Assembly: GCF_902652985.1 (NCBI RefSeq)
Contig: NC_047020.1
Coordinates: forward strand, 7,440,001 to 7,504,000
Source: Pecten maximus
Lineage: Eukaryota
DNA length: 64,000 nucleotides
Direction: 5' to 3'
The notes beneath the pieces are model-generated. The model was not told where the DNA came from, did no database searches, and saw only the letters and a list, made by a program, of their open reading frames with translations. Positions within the stretch are counted from its first letter, which is position 1. Each line of letters starts with the position of its first letter. Both the position numbers and the translations under genes were made by a program. Positions 40,653 to 53,900 of the stretch are shown in pieces.

Positions 40653-41170
40653 ACGACTTCTTGATAACCAAAAGGCTCCGAGACCCAATATAAGGTTTGT
40701 AGCATGCTGGGATTGAAGGCTTCCAAGTTTGTTCAAATGGATTACCTTGACTTTCATTCAAGGTCACAGGGGTTAAATATGCTAAAATCTTTAAATGACT
40801 TCTTCTTGATAGCCAAAAGACCCAGAGACTCAATATTAGGTATGTAGCATGCTGGGATGAAGGGCTACCAAGTTTCTTCAAATGGATGAGCACCTTCATT
40901 CAAGGTCACAAGGGCCAAATGTGTTAAAATATATCAAAACTGAGGTGACCGTGAAGGCCCATGGGCCACTTGTCTTAGCATATTTTATCCCCAAATTTCC
41001 GGTGATTATTTATGTATTTTAGTATTACTTTATTATAGAAATAATTAAAGAGAATTATGAGGTTTTATTTTAACAATTACCTCGGATCTTTCTTTGCATG
41101 TTTTTAGTTTGACATTCTTAGACTTTTTCCACGGAATATGATAATTTCTAAGTTTTTTTTCAATATATCA

Positions 41171-41692
41171 AATAGGTAACCACATTATGACGTAAGACAG
41201 GTGGAATTTAATGGAATGGAATTACTTTATATCTTTTACAAATTATACATTTGTTTGCTTCGACAGAGACATATATATGGCAAGCCGTTTGGGTTTTTAC
41301 CTATTGGAATGAAGATTTAATTAAAGATATCTCTATTTAAAATGAAGATATCTTTAATTGAATTAGAGATATCTCTAATTCAAATAGATATCTCTAATTA
41401 AATTAAAGATATCTCTATTTGAATTAAAGATATCTTTAATTTTTATATTAATAATTATATCTTTATTTTGAATACAGATATCTGTATTTAATAGGTAAAA
41501 ACCCAAACTATATATGTCTCTGGCTTCGAGGATAATAAAAAAAATTACTATCTCACATCATTTACTTTACGTACAGTCATGAATGCAAACAATTTAAATG
41601 CACAATTTGTAAAAGAAATAAAGTGGTTTTATTCGAGCCTGTTTCTTCCATTAAATTTCACCTGTCTGACGTCATAATATTGTTGCCTATTT
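41171..41692. mobile_element. Inverted-repeat (MITE-like) element just upstream of the MIEAP-like promoter
   Basis: ~46-bp imperfect inverted repeat aaatagg.aac...attatgacgt.agacaggtg.aatttaatggaa. Confidence 0.65.
41264..41522. mobile_element. MITE with CAGAGACATATA TIR and 7-bp TSD
   Basis: TSD gcttcga (41257-41263, 41523-41529); internal agatatct repeats. Confidence 0.82.
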
Positions 41693-41734
41693 ACCGTTAG
41701 CAGGGAGTTCCGTTATCATCTTGTACACCTGTGA

Positions 41735-41835
41735 GGGCGATCACGTGACTTTGTTAAAGGCAATACACAAACTAACATTACGCATGCGTCATCACATCGT
41801 CGTGAGAGCCGGATAGAAAGCGTCGAAAATGGCGG
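41735..41835 (+). promoter_or_regulatory. Proximal promoter motifs of the MIEAP-like gene
   Basis: TCACGTGAC (E-box/CLEAR-like) 41741; ACGCATGCGT (NRF1-like palindrome) 41780; AAAATGGCG (YY1-like) over the ATG; locally CpG-rich. Confidence 0.5.
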
Positions 41836-41915
41836 AGTCTTTGAGACGTTTGGTGAATATCGGTACATTTACCGTGCTTCAAGAAAAATTAGAGAGATGG
41901 CTGCAAAACTATTAT
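41829..41915 (+). CDS. SPATA18: MIEAP-like exon 1 (MAESLRRLVNIGTFTVLQEKLERWLQNYY)
   Basis: ATG in good context; gtaagt donor. Confidence 0.92.
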
Positions 41916-44900
41916 GTAAGTACGGTACAATTATAGGATTTCTACATATCCCGATAGATCTTTGCACTTGTTACCATTGGAAATTTTATATAAACACGCA
42001 TGATTTCCACAACTGTCAAGATCGGGCTCGGTTGCTAGGCCGACAGAGTGATTATGTGAAGTATGCATGCTTATAAAATTGAATGTTGACAATGACGGTG
42101 CATACCACATTTTTACTTTTACTGATTTACTGGCAATTTAATACATTTTACTGGTTTATAATCCATTACATTGCGATAATTCTATTGCCGCCTTTGCAAG
42201 AACTGGTCCAGACTCGGTGTCCAGACTGAAACCTCAACTTTTAAAGTCGGATAGCAGAGAACATGTCATTTTTGTTGACATTCGGTTAGTCGAACAACAT
42301 CATGTTATGTGATAGATCTAGCATTTGAATCAAAATTCGAAAGTATTGCTGGGTAATTATGCATCTATTGTATTATTTGTTTTAAAAGATATTGAAAAAA
42401 TCCAAAACACATAATCCGTACTCTGAAAAAAGAGAAGCAACTTTTTTTCTATCTCTTTTTATATTTTAAAAGAATATTTTACTCAAATTTGTTATCATTT
42501 CTTCAAAAGTATTTTCTGTAATATATACATTTAATCTAGAAAAACATATAAAAGCATCCACAATGATATATTTTAATTTCATTTGATTTCAAGTTCATTT
42601 TAAGATGTTTAAAACTGGTATTTCCTCCTATCGTGAAATTTAATTTAGACCTGTAGATCTGCAGATCAGCAGTTTCAGAATTCCACTGACCCAATAAGTA
42701 GGTAAAATAGGTAGTTTGTTGTAGTAATATAGTATTTGTGTGTGGAGCACTATATATGTGCTATGGTTCACTTGACACCAAATGGCTGGTGGACATGAGC
42801 CAAGTTAGATTAACCAAGTGCTGCATTTGAAAGATTTCAGGATTGAATTATCGTTGAGATTTACACATTGGAACATAAATTTAACATGTTGTAATTGAAA
42901 ACTATTTAAAAGATAAATTTATCCCTATACTATATATATAGTTATAGAATTAAAAAAGTACATTAATTCATTCCACCATTATATGCAAGAAATTGTTAAA
43001 TTTCTGTACTCTACATTTGAATTGTCAAAAACTTTGGAGTCAAAATGGAAAGTTGATGTGCCTTTGAAGATGCAGTGAAAATCTCAATTTCATGTATCTT
43101 ATACTTTCCACATTCAATTGTCATGTTCTATTTATTCACATTCGATAGAATATGGTTTGATTATGCAATGAATTTTATTCTTCCATTTAAATGTATTGGT
43201 AAATTACTTTACATAAGTAATGTGGATTTGAAATAGAAATGGAAAACCAGTGAATTGGTATTACCCGGGTATATATTAAAAGTTTCAGCTGTGAATAATG
43301 TATTTGGAATAAATTTGTAGGCATTAGGTTACCACAGAACAGACTATTTACTGTAGAGCTGGGGTCGTTGGAGGGCAAAATTGTAATCCTCCTGACAACA
43401 TGGTGGTAATAGTATTGGAGGCAGTGATGTTTCTGACGTAAATGTCAATATTGAATTTACTTGCCTGTATTAATGCCTTATATCCCAACAGACACTACTG
43501 TAGTAATGTTCAAGTGCTATGTCAAGAATGTTGACTTAAAGTCCAAAGTAGTGGTCGTATCTTCTTAAACTGTTTGTCATCAATATGCTGAGACTTTTGA
43601 TACAAATACCAATGTGACACCTAGATTCCTCTGTCCCCAGCATTAGGTGATGGACATATTGATGAATATGTCCAGTCACCAAAATGTACACCATGTGTTG
43701 TTGCGGCCAGAGGAAACTTGGGCCTGGGTGATATTAGTTAGAGAACTCAACATGTTGTATATTTAATGTTTTTGCTTTATTGATTATTTTTCTACATAGT
43801 TTACACAAAAACTATTTCATCTTGGCCACAAATTTAAGACTTATGAAAATAGGACTGATTAATTATTAACTAAGGTTTTGAAGTGTTTTAAAGCTGATTA
43901 TAATGGTTTATGATCCTGTTATAACATGATACGTATCTATTATTCTGGCATCCAAGCTGTAGCTCAGGGGAAAATGGCAGTTTTTATTGGAAAACATATT
44001 CTGCGGTACAAATTACATCCGGAAAATAGTGTATTGATTTGCCCGGTATTTTGCATTTAAGCATGATCAATATGCTCATGTACTATTTATGGGTGTAATA
44101 ATCCGTAATCCATTTGACTGGCAGTGAGTGACAAATAAATCAATTACCTGTTATAACTACAATTTTGATAAGTATTTACCTTATCTTCAGGCTATTTTGA
44201 TGTAAAAAAGATTTTGCTTGTGAAATGGTTATTTATTTATTTTGGCTATTAAACAGTCAATTAGGGAAGTGCTTGCAGATAAATATAACTATATTTTGGT
44301 GTAATCAGGAACACATTAAACTATCTTACCCAGGACATTTTTGAGGGCTTTTTCAGTTTTTGGGGCTGATAATGGTCCCATTCCTGATTGAAATTATTTC
44401 ATTTTTAAACAATGTTTTCAGTTTACTCTAGAAAATTTTCTTTTCAATTCACCAATATTCTCAGGAAAAAAACCCTGCAATCTGACAAGTCATTGGGATC
44501 AATAACATTAGGTCAATAGACAGTTGTTACAACCACCTAAATCCCACATTGATCCCGCTGTAAATGGCCCAATTGTTTGGTTAGTGATTTTGATGACCGT
44601 CTACTACAGGAGAGCAGGAGTGGTCTGAGGTGGACTTCTATAGTAGTTTTGTATGTGTCGATGACCGTCGGAGACCAGGGGTGGGCCAGGGTAGACTTTT
44701 ATTACCCCTTCTATACAGTAGTTTTGTATGTGTCGGAGCACTCCCATCAATCTGTCCTGTGTAAATATATAGGCTACTCTAAAGGCTATGTATATGGTCT
44801 TTTCAATCTGTGAAACTTGAACTGTCAACAAACAAAGAATGTGCCCGATAAAACCATGTAGATATATGGTAGATCAGGTGTACTACACATGTACGTTATA

Positions 44901-47900
44901 TATATACATTGCCGCCAATACACAGGAATTCTGCAGGTCTCAGCAAGTTTTCATTCATACACCGCACTAAAGGGAGCTCACATACTAGGCAAGTTGTGAC
45001 AAGATTCCAATCATCTGTATAGGTGTTGTGTGGCATTGTAGAAAATGGCGGTTTACAGCAGGATGTAGATTCCAATACTTGTTAAATCCATTGGGAAATC
45101 TACACTTGCATAATTACTTGTGTGGAAATGACAAATTTGCTGGGGAAATTGGACACCAGAGTTACAATTCTAAATTGAACTGAATTCCATACATCTCTAG
45201 AATGTATGGTAGTAAACTTTGTGTAATGATGCTTTGTCACCCACTTCAGCATTCCTGTAGCCAGATTAGGTACACAAGTACATTGTGAACTATGATGCAT
45301 ACTTTTACCCCCTGCAAACTTCCTTGAGTAACAATGTCTTTTGTTAAGGAACCATGGATGATGTCCGCTAGGATAAACATGACCACAGACATTATATTTA
45401 AACAATGGCTTTCTTATTCATCTGTTACTTAGATTATTGTGTGAAAAATCTCCTTATTTCATAGGCAAAGCAATTAAATTCCATGTTTAAACACCAACTT
45501 GTTGCAACCTGAATCATCCTTTATTACATGTGTTTAGGTAAACTGGTGGCAAACATCACCTGTGTTATTCCACATGTATAAAGTTACTTCAATAGAAAGT
45601 CATGAAAATGGAGATATTCCTCTGATCTGTGATAAAGAATTTTTAAATTTGGAAGATAATTGAACTTGCAGCATTTTTGAAAGGTGTTAAGAATTTGTGT
45701 AAGAATGGTATGTACATTGTTCAATAAACTAATTTGTTTTACCTGTAAAAGGAGAAGTATTTGAAGAACATTCACTTTGAAAATTTGATTGAATTGTTAT
45801 TTTGTTCTTGGTGATGGAAAAGGATACACTTTTACAAGACACCTTATGGATTTTTTTAGACCAAATACAAATTGGAAAATAAGTAAATGAAAAATAAATT
45901 TGATAAGTATCAGCCATAAGATATAGGACAGCTCATATTGACCTTGCTTTTTAACACGATTCCAACTACTTACAAGATAAGAATTCTAGGCTACTGTTAC
46001 TATAAATATTCTACCAGCCCTTTTCTGTTCATTGGGATTATGAGATAAAATCACTTTAGTTCTGTTGGTAGATTGCCTGAATATATTAAAGTTGAAATTT
46101 TCACCTGTATATCTACTTTTTATCTGACCTGTGTACATTGGTTTAGAGATTAGTAAGTAAAGCTTTCTGTAACACGTAGATAAATACTTATCACTGAGGC
46201 TAGGTAAATGTGCTTATTGTACTCAGTGTATTGATTTGGTTCCGTAGTGTAAATTCCAAACACGTAAATTGATTAAATACTCGACAGTTCTTATCCTCAT
46301 TCAATCCATGCCTGTGTAATCAGATTTTCCGCAGACTTAGTTTGCCATTCAACCTTCAATGCTAGTATATATCCAAATTGAACACATCAAAATACACATT
46401 TAATAAATATTGATGTCATTTTTTGTTGGAAACTATAATGAAATCAAAGATGATAAACACGATTAAATTTTACTGAATGTTACTGGTCCAGTAATATTTG
46501 CTGATATAAATGTTGATGACTTGGCATAAGTCTTGTCTATTGAATTGTGTCTTCTGGTTGGTTTAAACCTCAACAACTTTTCAAAGTTTTACAGATGTTT
46601 CTGGAATATTTTCCTTACTCAAGACATTAAGTCATTTACAGGTTCTTAATCTAATATTTTGTACACATCAAAAATATTCAATAATGAAATAATTATATTT
46701 TTAAAGTGAACTTGAAGTGTCTTATTATATTAAAGTGGAAATATCTAGTAAAAAAACAGTCTACTTTTAAATGCAGATCAATATCAATTATATAAGTACA
46801 TGTAGTAAAGGTGTCTTTTTAAGATGTTGGATGTTATGCATACACACAGTACATGCAGAAACATGCTCAGGTGATGATTTTATTATACAGGTACATGTAT
46901 ATTAGCAAGTTATGGGTGAAGTAAGTTTAAAAAAAAAAAAAAAAAAAGTAATTTTCTTTTTTTTAACGACGCTTTTGGCCACCTGAAGACTGCCTTTTGT
47001 CCATCACTGTGCATTATCTGTTCGTGTGAAATTTCCTCTTTTTTTTTAACTTTTTAAAAGTATTAGCTAGGCCAGTAGAATGCTGGGATAAAAGGCTACT
47101 GGGCACTGGGGTCTAATGTGTTTTTAAGTTTTTAAACAACATCTCGACAACTCTTTTTTAGAGAGGCTCAGGGTCATAATATTGGACCAGTAGCATTCTG
47201 GGACTAAAGGCTACCAAGTCTGTTCAACTGAATGACCTTGACCCACTATGATGGTCACAGGGGTCAAATGTGTTTAAATCTTCCGATGTCTTCTCAGTAA
47301 ACAGTAAAGGTCATGATGTTGAAGATGAAAGCTACAGTCAATGCTTCCAGGTTTGTTTTATAATGATCCACTATGATCTACTTTCTAGGTCAAGGGTCTA
47401 ATGGGTTAAAGTTTTAATCTAAATTCAAAACAACTGTCTGTGTACACATCAGAACTCAGGTAGTGTCGACGTCGTTATTTTATTACATTCTCATTCTCAT
47501 TAGCATGCTTTTTAAGGATAATTTGAAGTAAAGAGACATGGGTCAGTTTCCGTAGTTAATTGTATATTGTACATGTGCTTTAGAATTTTCATTAATATCA
47601 TAAGGTGAATAAAAGTTTTTAATATATTACATTGTTTTAACATTTTCACACCTGACAATACTGTTACCATTGTTTTAATGTCTCCACATCTGACAATACT
47701 GTTACCATTGTTTTAATGTTTCGACATACAACAATACTTTGAATTGTCATTGTTTTACTATATGGATAATTTCCACACCTGATAGAATGTAAAGAATGAC
47801 CCTACAGGTGTGACTATAGCGTGTAACCTGATAATCAGGTCAATGATCGTGTTTGGCTGTTACAGTGTTCAAACAGCCATTGCTGCTGTATACATTATTG

Positions 47901-50900
47901 ATGAGTGGTGGACCAGATATTTCATCAATGATTCAGGGGTTAAATAATGAATCCCGGGAACTTCTCTAGACAACCCCTCTGTAGTGTGGGGCTGGGTATT
48001 GGATCCCAGGACCAACTCCAGATAACCCCTATATAGTGTAGGGCTGGGTATTGGATCCCAGGACCATCTCCAGACAACCCCAATGTAGTGTGTGGCTGGG
48101 TATTGGATCCCAGGACCATCTCCAGACAACCCCTATGTAGTGTGGGGCTGGGTATTGGATCCCAGGACCATCTCCAGACAACCCCTATGTAGTGTGTGGC
48201 TGGGTATTGGATCCCAGGACCATCTCCAGACAACCCCTATGTAGTGTGTGGCTGGGTATTAGATCCCAGGACCATCTCCAGATAACCCCTATGTAGTGTG
48301 TGGCTGGGTATCAGATCCCAGGACCATCTCCAGATAACCCCTATATAGTGTAGGGTTGGGTATTGGATCCCAGGACTATCTCCAGATAACCCCTATGTAG
48401 TGTGGGGCTGGGTATTGGATCCCACAACAACTCCAGATAACCCCTATATAGTGTAGGGCTGGGTATTGGATCCCAGGACCATCTCCAGATAACCCCTATA
48501 TAGTGTAGGGCTGGGTATTGGATCCCAGGACTATCTCCAGATAACCCCTATATAGTGTGGGGCTGGGTATTGGATCCCAGGACCATCTCCAGATAACCCC
48601 TATATAGTGTGGGGCTGGGTATTGGATCCCAGGACCATCTCCAGATAACCCCTATATAGTGTTGGGCTGGGTATCAGATCCCAGGACCATCTCCAGATAA
48701 CCCCTATATAGTGTGGGGCTGGGTATCAGATCCCAGGACCTTCTCCAGATAACCCCTATGTAGTGTGTGGCTGGGTATCAGATCCCAGGACCATCTCCAG
48801 ATAACCCCTATATAGTGTAGGGCTGGGTATCAGATCCCAGGACCTTCTCCAGATAACCCCTATATAGTGTGGGGCTGGGTATTGGATCCCAGGACCATCT
48901 CCAGATAACCCCTATATAGTGTGGGGCTGGGTATCAGATCCCAGGACCATCTCCAGATAACCCCTATATAGTGTAGGGCTGGGTATCAGATCCCAGGACC
49001 TTCTCCAGATAACCCCTATGTAGTGTGTGGCTGAGTATCAGATCCCAGGACCTTCTCCAGATAACCCCTATGTAGTGTGGGGCTGGGTATTGGATCCCAG
49101 GACTACTACAGATAACCCCTATATAGTGTAGGGCTGGGTATCAGATTCCAGGACCATATCCAGATAATCTTATTTAGAGGGGCTAGTGGGTCATGAATAT
49201 CGGGACCTTCTCTAGATAACCTTATTTAGTCTGAGGGGCTAGTGGATCATGGATATTGGGATGTTCTTTAGAGAATCTTATTAAGTCTGAGGTGCTGGGT
49301 CATTGATATCGGGACCTTCTCCAGATAGCCCCTATTTCGCCTGAGGGGCTGACTCCATAGGTTTAATGCCACTGAACACTTGCAATATTTATCTGATCTT
49401 TCTCTTTTGCTTTTCCCCTTTTCTTATGCACTTTCTTTCGGTGTTTAGTATTTTTGTTGTTGGTTTTTCCTTGACAACCAACCTTGTATGACTGCAGCTG
49501 TTGCATAGAAGTTAAAACTCCAAACAAACTGTGGTAGATCTTAGTAGGTTGGATGATATGAATAGAAATCAAATTAAAGTCACGTTTCTATAAATAGATG
49601 TTTCTCAAAACTTTGCTTGTTGAAGATCCTAATCCTCCACAGACATATGGTCAGGTGAAACATTCAAGTTCATATTTCAAAAAGCTCACCCCAAGGTCAA
49701 GGTAACTGTTAAAAAGAATGTTTGTTTTTGGCTTGAAGGATTCTTTTATGAGCATACACCGATTTAAGATTTTCAAAAGTGCAAATCACAGAAATGAAAC
49801 TTTTACCAGGAGTCCATGAGAATATGAAGGGCCCTATAAAAGATTGAACCTGGAGATAAGTATATGTTTTGGTGAGAGCTGATAAGATGTTTTTAATACT
49901 TTGGTCTTATGTTTCCATTGTGACAATAAGGAGGTAACAAGTGGGAGCTAGGTGCTCTTCAACATGGACATTTTGTTCACCAAGGTTTAAATGTCTGTTA
50001 ATATTTAACGGGGACTGTTGGTAGGATTTGTAGGATACAGGTAACAAAGATTTTATCTATACTGTCTGACTGGCCTTTTAAAAGGAAAAGCTTTCCCTGG
50101 TCTGGCTGGTATACATGTATAATGGTATGTTATGGAAAAACATAGTCAGATCAACCAGAATTATAATGAAGCATTGTACTTGATGTACTAGGGCGTACTT
50201 AGTTGCCAGTCATCAAAAAAACACCCACTTGCCTTTTCTGTCTGGACTTGCTTTTAATGTTTTATACAATGTACAATTTAAAAGATAATCTTATGATCTA
50301 GCTGAGAACAAAAATATGCTTTATGTTTGGAATATATTCAACAAAAAAGGAATTTGATTAATTCTACTTAGAGACCTGCTTTATTGTTCACACAATACCA
50401 GATATATTGTCTCCAGGAATCCACGGTATTATGAAAAATGATATTTGCCATTTACATCATTTAATTTTTGTGTACAAACTGAAATCAGACCATTACTACC
50501 TACAGTGTCAGAACGTCTATCTTGGTTTATAAGGATGCAAAAACTGTCTTAGCTTCTCACTATCTCTTTGTCCTAGTAATCTCAAATCTGAGATATTTAT
50601 TTACAAGTCTATGATACATTGAGTGTTTGGTAGCTTACAGTGGCTACTGATAATATAAAGTCTTAATTTACTAAAACAAGTTTTTGTTTTTGTTTTTACA
50701 GATCAACACATGTGATCAGAATGTGGCGAGGTGTTGTGAAATCATTGAGCTTAACGGCAAAGTCCAGGGCCAGCTCTTCAAGCTTCTTAGCGTCACTGCA
50801 GAGGCTGGTATGTCATTACTAGTGATATTACTCCAGTAATACTTTACACAACAGTAAACTGTCCTGTCAGTCAAACCTACCGATATATTTATATCGTATT

Positions 50901-53900
50901 CAATATTAATTGTATGTTTGAATCTATTTCCTGGTGTTGTTAACGATGTTTATCATGGCTAGGTTTTCATCTCTTTGGAAAAGATTATTGATGAGATTTT
51001 GTGTTTACGTCACATTAGAAATATATAGATGTCTCATGTATCAGGAATTATGGAAAAGTTCCTTAAGTATAGACCACAGATAAACTTGAAAGTTTACTTT
51101 CTTGAAACAGAACACCATACCCCCATATTACCTGAGATTTTCTAGCATTCTGAATCCTCCTTGTAATGTTGCTACTTCCTATATTGACCCACAGTTGAAT
51201 AGATCTTTGATAACAAGACTAAGGTTTTTCCCGGTCAAACAATGATGTCAGAGCTCAACATTTTTATTTACTCTCTACTGATTTTCTGAATGCAAATTGA
51301 AATACAAAATTATTCAAATATTTTCCATACAAATGTGGAATACAGGATGAATTGTTCTTTAACAGTACAGAGACCGGATAGTAACTCTGTGGCAGTAATA
51401 TACCGCTATGTATACACATCTAAAACAATCAATACTCTAATGGAATTTACAATTGGTGATAACTAATTCATGTTAAAGGTCACCAAAATCACCGTTTTGG
51501 AACGGAGCAAATAAAATGGGGCAATTGAATTTACAGTTTGATGTTAACTATTGTACATTGTGTGTACCAACACACGATAGGGTGTGAACACGCCCCTGGT
51601 TTGGAGCACTGGTTCATTTAGATCAGTCCCAACAAGACTAAAATCACTGGGTACATCAGAGATCAGGAGGGGATATTGTAATTTACTAGGAAGTTCTTTT
51701 GGTCAGATCGTCAAACATCAAGATCACTCTTACGAAAAATACAAAATTGCATGGCTTCTGCCCAATAATGTAACCCAAGGTCCTTTGGACTGAAAAAAAA
51801 CGCTCAAACTAAACACATTTATTCTGTACCCAAACATGGCTTGGGAATACTTTTTGATGTGAAAAGTCAAAGGTAAAGATTCCTTGCTATCGGTAGAAAT
51901 AATAATCTTTATATGTACATGTATCTCCCATTTGTGCATGTATCTCCCATTTGTGTATATATATCTGTATTACAGTCTGTGGTGTATATATCTCCCATTT
52001 GTGTATATATATCTGTATTACAGTCTGTGGTGTATATATCTCCCATTTGTGTATATCTGTATTACAGTCTGTGGTATATATATCTCCCATTTGTGTATAT
52101 CTGTATTACAGTCTGTGGTATATATATCTCCCATTTGTGTATATATATCTGTATTACAGTCTGTGGTGTATATATCTCCCATTTGTGCATATCTGTATTA
52201 CAGTCTGTGGTATATATATCTCCCATTTGTGTATATCTGTATTACAGTCTGTGGTATATATATCTCCCATTTGTGTATATATATCTGTATTACAGTCTGG
52301 TGTATATATCTCCCATTTGTGTATATCTGTATTACAGTCTGTGGTGTATATATCTCCCATTTGTGTATATCTGTATTACAGTCTGTGGTGTATATATCTC
52401 CCATTTGTGTTTATCTGTATCACAGTCTGTTTTATATATATCTCCCATTTGTGTATATCTGTATTACAGTCTGTGGTGTATATATCTCCCATTTGTGTAT
52501 ATCTGTATTACAGTCTGTGGTATATATATCTCCAATTTGTGTATATCTGTATTACAGTCTGTGGTATATATATCTACCATTTGTGTGTATCTGTATTACA
52601 GTCTGTGGTATATATATCTCCCATTTGTGTATATCTGTATTACAGTCTGTGGTATATATATCTCCCATTTGTGTATATCTGTATTACAGTCTGTGGTATA
52701 TATATCTCCCATTTGTGTATATCTGTATTACAGTCTGTGGTATATATATCTCCCATTTGTGTGTATATCTGTATTACAGTTAGTGGTATATATATCTCTC
52801 ATTTGTGTATATCTGTATTACAGTCTGTGGTGTATATATATCCCATTTGTGTATATCTGTATTACAGTCTGTGGTATATATATCTCCCATCTGTGTATAT
52901 CTGTATTACAGTCTGTGGTGTATATATCTCCCATCTGTGTATATCTGTATTACAGTCTGTGGTGTATATATATCCCATTTGTGTATATCTGTATTACAGT
53001 CTGTGGTATATATATCTCCCATTTGTGTATATCTGTATTACAGTCTGTGGTGTATGTATCTCCCATTTGTGTATATATCTGTATTACAGTCTGTGGTATA
53101 TATATCTCTCATTTGTGTATATCTGTATTACAGTCTGTGGTGTATATATCTCCCATTTGTGTATATCTGTATTACAGTCTGTGGTATATATATCTCTCAT
53201 TTGTGTATATCTGTATTACAGTCTGTGGTATATATCTCTCATTTGTGTATATCTGTATTACAGTCTGTGGTGTATATATCTCCCATTTGTGTATATCTGT
53301 ATTACAGTCTGTGGTATATATATCTCCCATTTGTGTATATCTGTATTACAGTCTGTGGTATATATATCTCTCATTTGTGTATATCTGTATTACAGTCTGT
53401 GGTGTATATCTCCCATTTGTGCATATCTGTATTACAGTCTGTGGTGTATATATCTCCATTTTGTGTATATCTGTATTACAGTCTGTGGTATATATATCTC
53501 CCATTTGTGTATATCTGTATTACAGTCTGTGGTATATGTATCTCCCATTTGTGTATATCTGTATTACAGTCAGTGGTATATATCTCCCATTTGTGTATAT
53601 CTGTATTACAGTCTGTGGTATATATATCTCCCATTTGTGTATATCTGTATTACAGTCTGTGGTATATATATCTCCCATTTGTGTATATCTGTATTACAGT
53701 CTGTGGTATATATATCTCCCATTTGTGTATATCTGTATTACAGTCTGTGGTATATATATCTCCCATTTGTGTATATCTGTATTACAGTCTGTGGTATATA
53801 TATCTCCCATTTGTGTGTATATCTGTATTACAGTTAGTGGTATATATATCTCTCATTTGTGTATATCTGTATTACAGTCTGTGGTGTATATATATCCCAT

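Larger units (their letters stand above)
39354..40974 (+). mobile_element. HINE (Helentron-like) carrying a nested MITE and SINE
   Basis: taggtcacctgag 5' subTIR; internal gaccttgacc...caaggtcac repeats; 3' gaggtgacc and aggccc...gggcc hairpin. Confidence 0.75.

Noticed and set aside
42255-42310. p53 response element in intron 1 of the MIEAP-like gene
   Set aside because: Only one imperfect half-site (gaacatgtca); no adjacent second half-site
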